Shown: in pieces, positions 11,664-25,538 of the stretch
Position numbering within the stretch: position 1 is the first letter of the stretch
Layout: each line of letters opens with the position of its first letter
Assembly (NCBI GenBank): GCA_051362555.1
Contig: CM120640.1
Location: forward strand, 2,976,001 to 3,040,000
Origin: Lingula anatina
Lineage: Eukaryota; Animalia; Brachiopoda
Direction of reading: 5' to 3'
Length of the DNA: 64,000 nt
Notes under the pieces: model-generated
Databases searched by the model: none
Told to the model about the DNA's origin: nothing
Seen by the model: the letters and a program-made list of their open reading frames with translations, nothing else
Position numbers and translations under genes: made by a program

Positions 11664-13983
11664 TAAGGCTTGACCCAAACAATTGAGGGGTTCTGTTCAT
11701 GTAATATAGTACATAAAGCAGATAATATATGTTCAAATGTCATTTTTTGGGAAATATTTGACAATGCTCTGGTATTTCTTTAAATTATGCCATTTGAAAC
11801 TATATGATGGTATTTGGTTTGGTTCAGTGGCAAAAGTTTGACTTCATATGTAACTTTAAACCAACTTTTTAAGGTCACAAGTTTGTAGTCACCTAGTGGG
11901 TACATATCAGTCCCTCCTTGTGTATTTAATGTGAACTTTGATCATAGATTTAAACATTTTGCACAAAAAGTAGATTATTACTGAATTCAGTGACATTGGG
12001 GGTACCTCTCAGTATATTTAAAGGCCATCCAAGGTGTGGCTGTGTAAAAAGTAATAGGATTGCTGTCACAAAGAACTTTTTATTATGTAAATCACCCCAG
12101 ATAGCCCAGAAAATATGCAGGTGGTGCTAATGTTTTTAGCAATAGAAGTGAAAACCCCTGCACTTGAAATGTTGTCTTTAAATGCAAAAGTAACATGTAA
12201 AACATGGTAAATGTGGAATGTTGTGCCAAAGGCGTGTTCTACAGAAAATAATTTTTAAAAAACATACCAGCAAATAATAAATTCTCTCAGATTTTATGTA
12301 AGAACAACACTCTTCTTACACCATTCTCTTATAAGTGCCCAGAAATCTCCCTTGATTTTATGCTAAGTTACCTCGGACTATTTAGGCTGATACTCATTTC
12401 AAACAACAAACCACATGGCTTCTCCTTCAGTGTTATCCCCTTTGAATCTAATGGACGCTGAAAGGATTCTGATGCCAAGTTCCTCATCCCCTTCATCCTC
12501 TCACTATTGGAGGCCTCCCCCTCCCCCAGGGCCCACAAAACTGTCCCCCTTTGATATCCCTTATAGACTGGAGAATGTCGTTTCAGCAGAACAAAAATGA
12601 TATGCTAAACATTGTGAATATGCACTGTTGGGCAGTAGACTGTAATTCAGCAGAGAAAGCGAGTAGAAGAATGTATTTGGATGAAATTCTCTAATTCGTT
12701 GGCACAGCCAATTTTTTTTCTGACAACATTCTCCAAATTCTGCGAAATCTCTCTCAATTTTATGATGAGTTGCAAGACTGGACTGTCTGAGATGATTTCC
12801 ATTGTAATAAATTGTGACAGCAGTCCCATTTCTCTTCAGATGCACCTCACTTATTAGGCTCTTGTTCCATGTTATAAAGGTTGACAGATGCTACTAGGAG
12901 AGGCCATATTGTGTATTTAACTGCCATTGACAGCGTAACAAGTTGGTTGATAATGCCTTTGATAAATGAACTGTTGTAATGTTATAATGGGGTTCACAGC
13001 AGGAAGGGGTTTGGCACCTGAGCTATTCTAAGCATTTAGTCAAATTTTGGGTTTTGACTGTTTCTGTTGATTGATTTACTTCAAGGCATTGAGTATATAC
13101 CAGTCTACTACATATGTTATTATGAAACTTACATTATATATCATGAAACTTAGGTAATAGTTGCCCGCGATTCAAAGTTACGGAAACGCTTTTATTTAAT
13201 GTGTGTGAACAAGTGAAATGTGTGACGCAAGTCTTGTCCTTACGACAGCAGTTTTATACGAGGGGTGTGAGACTGCTACTTCTGGTGGATTTTTTTCTTT
13301 TTATGTTTGGGTGTTTTAAAAAGTTTGCTGGGATTTGTAGGAATTGAGAAAAAATGTGAGATTTGAGGGGGTAAGCTTATATTTATTGCTTTTAATAATA
13401 CAAACATCCCACCCCAAGATACTCCAGATGAAATGTTACTATGACAATGTGTATATGGTACAGAAGTGCACAGTGTGAGGTACGGGATCTAGTGATAAGT
13501 GATTTTGATAGTGACCCTTATCATAAATTAATTGTTGCTGTACATATTGATGACTTAGTAGGTAAAATACCAACCAATACATGCTTGGAGATATGATCTC
13601 ATAGTTCCAGGTGATTGATATTGAAAATATTTCATCATAATTTTTTACCGATTTGTTTGTTATGGAATGACAAGCAGAAGTGAGACAAATAGGTAAGTAA
13701 ATGAGAAATGGTAAGTAAATATATTGATAAAATAAATTGCTTATAGAGACAAAACAGCTTTCTCTTTATTAACTGAAAACACTCCTGTGTAAAAAAGAAA
13801 TGTGTAAAGCTATGGCTCACGCAGGTGGGCTTGATCTGAGACGTGATTATCGTAGGATTAGTCCATTGTTTAATGAAGTTGAATTAAAGGATAAAACTTT
13901 GGCAAACTGCCAGATTCACATATGCTGTTAAGAGGGTTATGTGTAAATTCTGAACAAGATCTTTTCTTGTGTTGTATATTTTA

Positions 13984-14237
13984 GTTCCATTCCCATAGAC
14001 ACCAGTGGTTTCTGTAGAATGATCCAACTCTGCGTAGACTCTCACTAAGTGCAGTCAGCTGAACTGAATGACACACCTCCTTTTGTATCCAACTTACTCA
14101 AAGAATCACCAGCTTTCTGTATTCTACTCACCACCAGGGGGAAGTGTGTCACCCAGTTAAGTTGATTGCACTCAGCGAGAGTCCCTGCAGAATTGGATCA
14201 ATCTACTTAGACCATTGGTGTCTATGGGAATGGAGCC
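13984..14237. mobile_element. palindromic Harbinger-like MITE
   Basis: TCCATTCCCATAGACACCAGTGGT... pairs with ...ACCATTGGTGTCTATGGGAATGGA; arms about 110 bp; TTA/TAA flanks. Confidence 0.88.
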
Positions 14238-14749
14238 TAAAATGAATCAAATTATTTAATGAGTGACTTGAAGCCATGAAAGTCTTTCACTTACTATAAC
14301 TTTGGTTAGTTAAATTTAATGCTCGGTGTTAAACTAGTATAGTTTCATCTCACAAGTACAGCTATTTTGATTTAAATAAAGTGATTACTTTCATGTTTTA
14401 ACAGTTTTGTAAAGGTCCTTCAGGTGTACAACAGTTGGTTTTGAGTCATCTTTACTGTGTTAAACTTCACCAGTAATGCGGAAGTTGCTGGAAGTGTCAT
14501 GATAGATTGTAAAGTTTGATGAAAGTTGTGTGACCCTAGAAAACCGATCTTCAGATACATATTGTTCGCCTTTGTATCTTGTGATGAAATATTGTTAAAT
14601 ATTTCGGTAGAACGACGAGTAATATGCTTTTTTATATGTCTTGTTTGATTATAGTTACATAGTAAGGCTGGTCGATATATTACTGATGCAAGTTAAGTGG
14701 TGAAAAGGTGATGGTGACAATATTCTGATTAGTTTACGCCTCAAATGGC

Positions 14750-14755
14750 AATAAA
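14750..14755 (+). terminator. candidate distal polyadenylation signal of CPSF6
   Basis: AATAAA followed by a GU-rich tract (TGTTGGTGG), near the point where CpG depletion appears to end. It is one of several AATAAA in 6-15 kb. Confidence 0.3.
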
Positions 14756-15381
14756 CACCTTGTTGGTGGCACTGTCAGGTATATGGTAAGAGGAAAGAAA
14801 TCAATAGCGTTTTGCCTCGGACAATGTTTCATTGTGTGTCAATTTCTCCAAACTAGTATCTAAAGCTCCCATCTTGTTTCATACCAGAATCAATTAATTG
14901 AATAAATTGACAAACGCAATATATGGGTTTATTGATATCAGGCTATTTTTAGGTCGCTTTTATTTATTCCAAACCCAAATGAGATTTATTACAATTTTAC
15001 AGTAATTAATCATTAAATCAAACCAGCAATGATTGATTAGAATACTGAAATATAGCGTGACCAAAATATTTTGGTAATGGGTAACACGTAAAAGAATTTT
15101 GGAGTTACAGAATAGCTCTTAGCGTAAATGCAATCAGCATGGCATAGTTGATAACTTAGAAAATAAGTAGCGTCTTATAGAACGAACCACCTTGGAAGTG
15201 CCTGGATTCTCCGGAGGATACCTTGGGAGGCCATTTCTGCCTTCCTTCCTAGGAAAGGCTTGGGTAAAGTCTGACACCTGCCTCTTCCCGGCACCTCTCG
15301 TACAGGTTTAGGAGGAAAGTGTACCTTGAATGGCTTGTCCTGACTGTCACTTGGGGGTTTGCTTCCGTATGCTGTTCATCA

Positions 15382-15553
15382 GCCCCATTCAGAAAAGGGG
15401 ACTAACTAATCCAAGGGTCAAATATGGCGACCGACTGAAAAGCTTGCCGTCTAACCTGCTAATAGATACTGAATAGATATCCCGTGAGAAAGTATACAAG
15501 TGGGTTGGCCATATTTGACCCTTGGACTAGTTAGTTCCCTATTCTGAATGGGT
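15382..15553. mobile_element. Harbinger-like MITE (family B), 172 bp
   Basis: TIR of about 50 bp GCCCCATTCAGAAAAGGGGACTAACTAATCCAAGGGTCAAATATGG / CCATATTTGACCCTTGGACTAGTTAGTTCCCTATTCTGAATGGGT; TCA TSD on both sides. Confidence 0.88.
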
Positions 15554-16417
15554 TCATTGTTCATGAATCTTGTAGGAATTTGATGGATTATTTATGAAGC
15601 CATTTGGTTAATTGTAGAAATGACAAAAAGTCTTGTCGCCCACTTAAAATAACTTTTTTAAACACGATTTTATTTTACTTGCAAAATGTATTTGGATGAG
15701 GGTGTCGGAAGTACCCTAAGGCGCAGTCACGTCACAAAAGTTACACCTCCAACAGCTATCTGGCCATGTTTGAGGGGAGATCACTTCTTGGTTACTCAGG
15801 GATGATTGGCGCTATGGGTTACTGGAAAACCCGACTTGCTATTGTTGCGTTACGGGACAATGGGATCATCTTCTTCATTTATGACATCTTTCGTATACTT
15901 AAATCATAAACTTAATACAGGTGCTGATTAAGCCAGAATATATTTGAAAGCTATTCAGTATGGAATAAATTGGAAGTGTTGAGGCGAAAAGAATCTGCAG
16001 CAGTCAATTGGAATAAAAGATAAAGTGGAAGATATAGCAAGGCATTTGGAATGTTCATGGCATGTTTTTCATTATTTCATATTCATTATTTTATCTTGAA
16101 ACCAGTTTACAGATGAAAATACGTCTGTGCGTCATTAAATCGTAAAATACATTTTAGATATGCTAAAAACAAAAATTGAGATGGATTTGAATATATTGCA
16201 ATTGTGTTTATATGAAATTGTCTTCTTTTGAATTCAGAACCTGCACCGGTGAAAACTGGGCACGCGTGGCATGTCTCGACTATTTTTTAGTGTAAATAAA
16301 GATATAGAAATATATTTACTATTCAATTGTTTTGGTAATGTGCTATGTGCATAGCACCCCCTATTCCAGTCTCGTCATGGTTCTTTTGAAACCGTTTTCC
16401 CGGGATTGGCTTTCTGA

Positions 16418-16613
16418 AGCCGCGTGCACAACCAGTTGCTCTGCAGACTAACTAATCCGCGGATAAAATATGGTGCGCACTTCACAATGGTTTCCTGCTT
16501 CCCGCGCGTGAAATTCCAACAGCAGTTAAATTTCGACACGCTTTCAAATGGGTGGCACCATATTTGATCCGCAGACGTATTAGTCCGCAGATCAACTGGT
16601 TGTGAACACGGCC
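16418..16613. mobile_element. Harbinger-like MITE (family B relative), 196 bp
   Basis: TIR of about 60 bp AGCCGCGTGCACAACCAGTTG..AAATATGGTGC / GCACCATATTT..CAACTGGTTGTGAACACGGCC; TGA TSD on both sides. Confidence 0.88.
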
Positions 16614-17729
16614 TGAGTTCAGTTCCCATACGTGTCCTATCAATGGACTTCGCCCACCCTGCCACCGAGTGCTGGACGACCTCAGAGAAAAACGTGGCGA
16701 CTAGTTGCAATGTGTGTGTGTGTTTTTTGTGTGTGTGTTTTTTGTGTGTGTGTGTGGGGGGGGGGGGGGGCTTATTAACTGTTACAGCAAGGCATTACCC
16801 ACAGACGTGTTTTTTAATAGTTACAATTAAAGCATTAATGCGGAGCATGGACAAGAAAAAAGAGAAGGAACACGATATAGCCCTGAGGCATTGCCACAGC
16901 ACTATTAGAAGGTGCCATAGAACAGAATTTAGTTTTCGTGAACGAAACCTGCCTTCGATGTCACATCTCGTGACAACTCGTGGTGCTTCAATAGTGAATG
17001 ATTGTTATTGACAAAGTTTTTGTGTGTGCGCGCACGCGTGTCAACGACGATAACAAAAAATAAACCTGTCATGATCAATTATATAACTTTATAGTTTCTG
17101 TTTCACATATATAACGAAACCTCAGTTCAACTTATTAAAACCCGAAACGTCGTTGTGCTGCACGTACTGACCTAAGCACTACTCGTTATGACCCTCGGTC
17201 ACAGGCACGGAACAAACTCGAAAATGGTAGTATAGAATTTCGGCCAGGCACGCAACAACCCGAAAACCATCGAATGGAACCCCGACCAGGTAGACTGGGG
17301 TGAGTGGCACGGAGTGTTATGCGTTAAGATTGAAACCTTGAGACTGTGTTGTATGGCACTATATACTGGTTACGTCGTGGTTTTTGGGGCTGTCGATTTT
17401 CTGTGGGCAAACTATTTGGGTTGCCCGAGTATGATGGTACAGCATATTTCAAACATTTCTCCGGAATACTGATATTCACAGTTTGTAACATTCTCCGAAA
17501 AAAGGGATTAAGCAATCATCTGAGCTTAAAGATCTCGTTGGCACCTTTTAACAAATTTTCTTTGAAAACTCCTGTTGTGCGCTAGACACATTATTTACCC
17601 AGAAAACATGTTGAGTTGTGAAAAATGCTTTACGCTGAAAAAAAATCCATGTATTGTAATCAATTAACACAAAAGTTTTGCTCTATAAAAGACTCTTGGG
17701 GGGGGGGGGGGTGAAAAACTCCAAAATTA

Positions 17730-18385
17730 GCAGAGATACGTCCATAGTTACTATTGAACTTGAATAGGAATTCATATACTGGGTGACCTTGAAAATGACC
17801 TTTGACCTACTTTTCACCATAAACTGAACTTTGCAAATTTGCTGTCTCTTATATCTCGAAAACTGGCAGGGATACGTCCATATTTACTATTGAACTTGAA
17901 TAAGAAGTCACATTTTGGCAATCTTACTGTGACCTTGAATTTGACCTTTGACCTACTTTTTCACCATGAACTGCACTTTGCATATTTTCTGCCCCTCATA
18001 TCTTCAAATCTGGCAGAGATATGCCCAGTGTTTCTCCTGGGTTTTCTTTTTATTCAACATATATGCAACGCTGATAACACATTTCAAGGAAAACCCGTTG
18101 TCTTCTGTCTTGAAAATCACAGGAGTGATCACTATTACAAAAATACAGCTTAATTCAAAAATAAGCTTGATCAGACTTTTTTTACAGTTATGCGGTTTTT
18201 TCAGTTCTTTTTGCATATTTTGAGAACTCTTGTTTATTGCATTTTATAGAGCTTGTCAAGCTCGACACTGGTGGTGGTGGTGACCCGTTTTTTTTTGTTT
18301 TTTTTTTTTGGTTTTCCATACGAATGCGCTTACTCCAGCTGGTGGTACTATAACAGGAGGCGGTATCGCCTCTCTGATCCTCTAG
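17730..18385 (+). mobile_element. Helitron/Helentron-like non-autonomous element with internal tandem repeats of about 140 bp
   Basis: Repeat units start at 17730, 17866 and 18013 (GCAGRGATACGTCCATA..TGACCTTTGACCTACTTTT). 3' hairpin GAGGCG-gtat-CGCCTC (18357-18372), then CTAG (18382-18385) and a T-rich flank. The 5' end is uncertain. Confidence 0.6.
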
Positions 18386-19980
18386 TTATTTTTTATTTTT
18401 TATTTTTTTATTTATTTATTCAAAAATGAACAGTTGTTATCCCTTTTACTAGGAATGGTATAAAACATTGTGGTCAAGTGCAGAGACGACTCGGGCTATA
18501 ATTAGTGAGAAGTAGAAATTGCTAATTTTTCTAGAAAAATTGTATATAGCGAGAGATTTCCAGATGTCTTTAATTTCATTGGAAATTATGAACACTTCTT
18601 TAAGAACATGAGAAAAATTACCAAAAATCGTTTATCCGGTGTTAAATAGCAATGTTTTCACTTATTGTAGTGATTTAGCATTTTACTTGTGTCCTATAAA
18701 AATTGCGAATTAAGTACTCTGGAACGCGTTTATTTTTCTCAGCTTTTTTTTAAATAGAGTAACGTATAATGTGAGGGAAAGTTGCAGAAGTTTACTTTTT
18801 CCCCCTGTATAAAGGGTTAACACACCTTGTAATCCTTGAATGGAGAATTTTTCTTAGATGTACAGCTTTTGGTCGTGTGTGTCTGCGCAAGGAATTGGGA
18901 TTTCCTCGGCTGCGTGAGAGATGGATCATTGAGATTAAACCTGGCGGATAAAAAAAATAGACACCAGCACTCTGCCAGACACGAGCGAATGAATGGGGGA
19001 GGGAGGTTTCCTAATCGCATAAATGTGGGGAAAAGCCCTTTTGGGAAGTAACTGAAGCCAACAATGTCGGACTTGAAGGGCAAAGAGGAAAGATCTTAAC
19101 CATCATCTGCTGGCCGTTTTCTATTTAGCACTTCTGAAGGCAAAATGCTTGGTTAGGATGGAGAATTTATTCCTCGACAGGCACATGACATATACCCTCT
19201 ACCAGGGCCACAGATAAATTTTTCTCTAGATATAAAGGGATATGTTCCTGGTTAAAAAGATGGCTAATCTCTGCAAAAAATGTCCACAGAATAATAACTG
19301 CGGCAAAGGTAGAGGGCACATGACATACCTGGCTGTTTACAGCTGAAGTTCGCTACGTTGTGGTTCATATGGTGTGAAGTTAAAACTTCGTGTATGGACT
19401 ACTGACGAATGAAAAGTGATGTAATCCCCCGATATAGGCCTATAAATGGGGGTGAATGACCCTTTGATTAAATGCTTGCCTGCAGATGTGTGACTAATAG
19501 TTGTGCAAGACAACCTTATTTCACTTAAAAGCATATTTACGCGCGTGCGTGCGCGCACACACACACAATTTGTGATTTTACCCCTTTCGCTGTGGTTTCA
19601 CCGTTTGTGCCTTGTGCCCATTACAACGGTTAAGTAAAATGTTAAAAGGTTAAACAGTTTGTAAAGCAAAACAAATTAGACGTCTTGCCCCGTGCCCCGC
19701 GGAAAGTGATTGCGCAGGCGAAGGGCCTCCATCAGCCGCGACTGGTTAACTACTAGACTGTGGCAATAGGGAGTGGTTGATGTTACAACGCACAGTTCAA
19801 CGCATTCTGTTACAGGATCAATATTTAGTTTTTGAATAAGGACAGAAAATGTTTTCTGATCAAGCCTATTTAGTAATATATCTGTTATATTTTTAACCTT
19901 CGCCTTTAAATAATACGCAGTTCACGTTGCATGTCTTCTGCAATGTACAGTAGTCATGATGTGAAGACCAGAGAATTCTG

Positions 19981-20171
19981 ATTGGCTTCTTGAACTGTAC
20001 GTCACCGTTATATCAGTAGGGAGAGAAGTTTAAAATGTGCATAAGGTACCAAGGACTTCATTAAACGTTCATCAGCTGCGATTCAAGTTTTAAGATTGGT
20101 AATCTCATAAAAGACATTCATTTGGGGACCTTGAGGGCTACCAGATACAGCGAAGGACGTGTCACTGCTAG
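19981..20171 (+). promoter_or_regulatory. candidate promoter and non-coding first exon of the neuropeptide gene
   Basis: ATTGG (reverse CCAAT) at 19981, CRE-like TACGTCA at 19998, TTTAAAA at about 20029, and a consensus donor TAG|GTGAGT at 20172. The neuropeptide coding exon begins at an acceptor and so needs an upstream exon. Confidence 0.4.
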
Positions 20172-23100
20172 GTGAGTTTATTAATTGCAAGCTGAGGTAC
20201 TAATTGGCTTTTTTTAAAGTGATCAATGAATCTATATCGTGGCATTATGAAAAAGTAAACAGAAACACGTGGCACAATTGTCATTAAAAATACAGCAATA
20301 TTTGTTCGGCCTACCTAGAAAATTACTTGTCATATCCGCTCTTTCCTTAAAAGTAGTCCCGTTTCCAGAGTTGGTTTGTGTGGTTTATGGTATCAAAGCT
20401 GTTCGAAGCACTGCAGAATAGCATCGGCAATGGCTATGTAATTAACAGTCTTCGCGAGACGTCTTTCTTGTGGCTGCCTACTGAACATAAGTTAAGCAAA
20501 ATGTTAATCTTATGTAAGAAACAGCAAAGAAGTGAGATTACTTTTTGCTAGAAGTCGACGAGGGAATATTCGGGATTCTTTGAAAGAAAAGAGCAGTATG
20601 TTCGTGGTTTTCTTTGCAGAAAATAAAAGGCTAAATCAATTGCAGATGTTTTGAAAACAGGAAATCTACAATGAATACTTGCTTTTCCATTTGTAGATAA
20701 CATATGTATGTAACATGTCTTCAGAGAACAGGCACAAGACCGTGTTCTTTTACTTGAAATCATCATTTTTGACCGTTTTACATCCCCCGCGATGGCTGTT
20801 GTAGGCAAACTACGTATACTGTTTTGAAACGGAAGGGTTCGCATGACGCTCAGTGTCTTGTTCTGTGAAGTCTGGGTAATATGTTGTCAATAATGTAAAT
20901 GCATCTTAAGATTGGCATGTTTCTCGAAGATACCATATCATTTAAGGATGCCTTTTTCCGTTTGTAATTAGGCAAATAAGAAACCGAGTCATTTGCGTTA
21001 CCTGAAACGGTGATATTGGTTTCTATCACCACTGTATTTATGTTTATTAAATCAAATTAAAACTTGTATGCTGTTATGATAAATAAATTTTCAAAGTATT
21101 ATGTTGCTAAGGATAAATCAAAGCCTTCAATTAGGTGATATTTAAATCGTGCTAACAATTATGAACAGTTTGGACCAACGTTAAGTTTGATGACTTTTGT
21201 TTGCCTAGAAACTACCAGTGAGCGTAGTGATTGACGCTCCGAGAGCGTGTAATGCCCCTTGCTCCGATATTGTGATGTTCTGTCGTTAAGTTAGGTTTTC
21301 CTATGAAATAAAACGGGTAAATCTGTTCCTATTTGAGTGCTGTGAATTGACGAAAGGTTGATTTGACTCGAATTAAAATACTGCTTTATGTTGCACACTC
21401 TTGCTTTGTATATAATTTATGAAATTAAACATCGGTGGCAATGGATAATGTAATTAATTAATTTATTTTGTTACTTTGGCCAGGGAATTATATCTATTCC
21501 CTGCTTTGGCATAAATGATACAAGATGGAACGTGTTTTTGTTCCCCTCCGTCGCTGGTACTTCACTCAGGAAGCGCCCTTCGCCACTCTAAACGTTTTCT
21601 GTGTCAGGTATTTTGTCATAGAAACTCATCAAGTGCAGAGAGCCATGCTACAGGAATAATATTATACAGTTTAGAATTCAGGAATTTCAAAATCTCAAAA
21701 GATATACACGACAGACGATTGGTTTTGTCGTGTTCTCGAATGCTCGTCACAGTCGCCCCCTCTCCTCTAGATTATGAGAATGATCGCGCGTTACAGGGGT
21801 TCCCGCTTTTTGCCGTTTTTGTGGCCAAAAAAAAAAAAAAAAGACTAAGGTAATTACCGGTAGCTAGGATTTAATAAATAAAAATTATTTTGGGGAAAAG
21901 CAATCGCTTATTTTGTGCATGATCCTTCTGAAGTAAAGTTAGATATGATATCTCTTTGCAGCCCTAATTACCCACTAACAAAACTACTTGAAACACCTTT
22001 TTTCGTTTTCATGTACACGTGGACCTGTAACAAACAGAAATCAGATAAAAATAAGGTGGAGTGGATATAGCATTCATGATCATGGTGGTTGGCCAAATGC
22101 AAAAAATTCATTTCATTTCATTTCATTATCTTTAAGTCAAAGCCATACATGCCATAAGACATAATTAAGTGTCCAACAATCCACTTCTCACCTTGGCTGG
22201 TGCACTCCTACATGTATTATGTATGATAAAGTACATCTTACACTGTGTCTGAAAATACAAAATTAAAATTATAATTGTGCCCAGTTTAATCGTGAACATG
22301 GTTGTTCAAAAAGGGGCAAAATATACCGTAGCTTCAATTTCTTGGCCAACTAAAATATTAAGTTATTAAAGAGCGCCGTGTCCATCAGCTATAGGCCCAC
22401 GTGCAACACGTGTGAACGCTGTGACATTTTCTTGTCTTCACCAGTGTTAATAACATGAATAAGTATGAACATTATAGCATATGGAGTTTAAGATTAACTA
22501 CACTGAGACTGAAATGGTAAAATATACCAGTGGTGAGTTATTGGCTTGAATACACATTGAAAATTAATCACCCTTTTGGTACGTTCTTTTTTTTTAATGT
22601 CAAAGACACCCCTTTTCATTGATTGAAATTGTCTTTAAACCGTTAAGCAGTTTTGAAAGCTAATGTATGACACTCTATCGCCATCAAACCCTTCTCGCCT
22701 GAGCTTGCATTTTAATCTCATTAAAATTGTAGACTAAGTTTTAATCTTTTTTTTTTTCAATTCGCATTCTGATGTGTCATAGTTATGAATGACTAAACGA
22801 GCTGAATTCTGAAACAAAGTAGTGTGCATGCTTTTAAACAGGAAGCCCATGAATAACATTTGTTTTTTTCCCTTGCTTTCTTTAAAGACGTCTTACATAT
22901 CTTAGAAAATCATGATGAATATGACTACATCCAAATAAAGAGATGACTATTTCTAAATTACAAGTTGATGGTAGCTATGCCGGAGACAACCAAGACCATT
23001 TATTGGTCCGATTTATGCGTGTGTCCGTATATAACGTTAGGTCTTTTATGTACAAGCTTTTTTTTTTTTTTTGGGGGGGGGGGGGGGGTCTGAGTATTGA

Positions 23101-25538
23101 GCAAATAACTATAATAGATAAATATTGGATATATATTGCCAGCTTATGCTGTCTATTATATTAATAGAGCATTGCAGTACATGAACCTCACAAGACGGGC
23201 TTTATTTAGCGTTGAGTGTCCTAGGGGGATATCAGGCCTGAAACCCGGTTGGCTTGCGAACCAAATCTATGATAACCCTCTATTTATTCAAGATATTCGG
23301 TCGTCAAATAAAGGGACAAGGCTAATTTGAAAAACCTCAGTCAGTTGTTCATTTTCCCCCTTTTCCGGTTGTTCCATCAATGGGATTGATTGTAATTTGG
23401 TAACTGTAGGTTCATGTGACGGTACGGAATACATTTCCCAATGTTGCCTTCCGACACCCACTGCAGCTTGGTCGTCACGATACATATGGGCCTTGCACTG
23501 TGTGAGCGCTGGCTTCTTATCGCTGGCATGCATATTGCAGAAGAAACGCATTGGTTTTCAAAGAATTATCGCATTAAATGACAAACAAATTGGAAGGTAA
23601 TGGAATTGTCGGATGCAAGCCTTTGTCGATTGTTTCCATTTTTTTCATGCGTCCTCCGTGAATCATCACTCGCATGTAACAGTCAATGTGGTGTTTTCAT
23701 TACACTGTTTCCATAAACATTCAGCTCGTATGATTTATGGTTGCTTACAACAGGATTTGTGAATATACATCTGGAACATGATAGTCTATCAATGAATTTA
23801 AAGCTGAAAAATACGTTCCACGTTTTAGATAATGGTAATCCAAAACCGCGCCGCTAACTAAGCAGTAGGATAAGTCGTTCACATTTCAGTTTTTATTAAA
23901 ACTAAGCCGCTGTTACAAGATAAAAGTGTATCGAATAAGTTAAAAGAATGGGCGTATGATATAACAGTTAAAATTTCTCATCATTAGTTAAAATAGGGAT
24001 TGGTATTTTTGTCCTTTGCTTTATGATTCTTTAGTATAAATTTATCTTTGCTTCCCCTCACCTTTAATAGTGATATGAAAAAAAGAGCAGAAAATAGCAG
24101 GCTTTATTTAACAATCTGTTTTATTCCCACATTAAATAGGTATGATACAGGTCAAAGCCCTAGTGCACCTCTACCACGTTATCGTAACAGCAGCTCCAAC
24201 AACCTGTGTACAAAGTTCTCTCCTGGGACCTCTTTCATGTGGTTTGGAAGTGAAGCTATGTCTCTTCTCGAAAGCTTAGGTTTTTAATGCATTTGACGAT
24301 GAGTAGGGCCCTAAACGCTTCAGGTAATCTACCAGTATCAGTCTACCGCTTTCGGCCTGTAAAACCAAGTGTAGGGAAATCTGGTGGAAGTAATTAACCA
24401 CACTGGCCCGAAATGGCCGTGTTATGTTTATCATTTGCGTGCAATTCAGTCAATATTTAAACCACACGTCTGGGAAACTATAACTTTTTAATCAATAGTG
24501 TTTGTTGTTGAGTCTGTATAGGTAGTCTTTCGCGTTCGTAAAGAATATGTGGAAAAGTAGCCTACATTTCTAGCATTTTCAACGTCTGTTTGGGACTGCG
24601 TCTTTATGTGAATATTATATTGAGGTACCAGTATCTTATTATTGCATTCCCGGAACTGTGACTGTGACTGTCTTTTGCTACAGTTCCTGTGAAAATAAAA
24701 AAATGGCAGTTTTCCCTTTTATTTGTTTATTGCCTTGTGTGTAATTGCAGTAGGATGCTTAAAAATACCGGGTTAGTAATATATTATGTCTTGCACATGT
24801 CCTACTTCTTTATTCGCTTTTGCGTGCAATATAAATAAAACCAATTATAATCTTAAACTGACAGTCAAATAACTGGGCTTTCAGTATTATTGCATGTTAT
24901 TTATATATAAGTAATTAGGAAGTTTAAAGTGTGCACACAGGGAAACAAATGAACAGTACTGGTAGTTGACTGATTCGATGGGAATCGTCGAGATAGCTCA
25001 AAGTCACGTGATTTTGCGTAAAATCAAACGAGATTTCGCTGGATTAGAAGAAAGGATCAGAATTAATGAATAAAAGCTGACAAAATTATCCACGGATATT
25101 TTCATGTTGTTTTCTCTAAGGCTCTACGTGATAAAAGTTTACTGAGCAACAGTGTGAATTCGCAACGGCATTGCTTGTCACTTTTGTATTGCTGTCTGTG
25201 GCGATATCTCTGAAAAGTTAGCCCCACTTCACGCAGATTCTCGCAAGTTTTCTAGTCTCGTATGACATCACAGTGCCAAAAGCACCATTTAAGACTATCT
25301 CAAATGTTTCCCACCAAAATCGGACAATTGACTATTGGTTATTAGTCCTGAACCTTTTAAAACTTATTGGCCCTCAGTACATGCGTCTTAAATGGCAACT
25401 GTAACCCTGAGTTAAAAAGTCGTCAAAACGACCATAATTTACCCAAGTGATTTTACTGAAAGAACGAAATAATAAATAAAAAATAGTGTTCGGTCTTTTT
25501 ACTTGTTTTGGAAACGCAATTTTGGCAACTGAGTCTTA

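Noticed and set aside
12415-12600. 61-aa Pro/Ser-rich ORF with ATG
   Set aside because: Arises from a C-rich tract; no splice partners or family motif.
15185-15370. GC-richer patch resembling a SINE/LINE fragment
   Set aside because: No A/B boxes, tail, TSD or second copy seen in the window.
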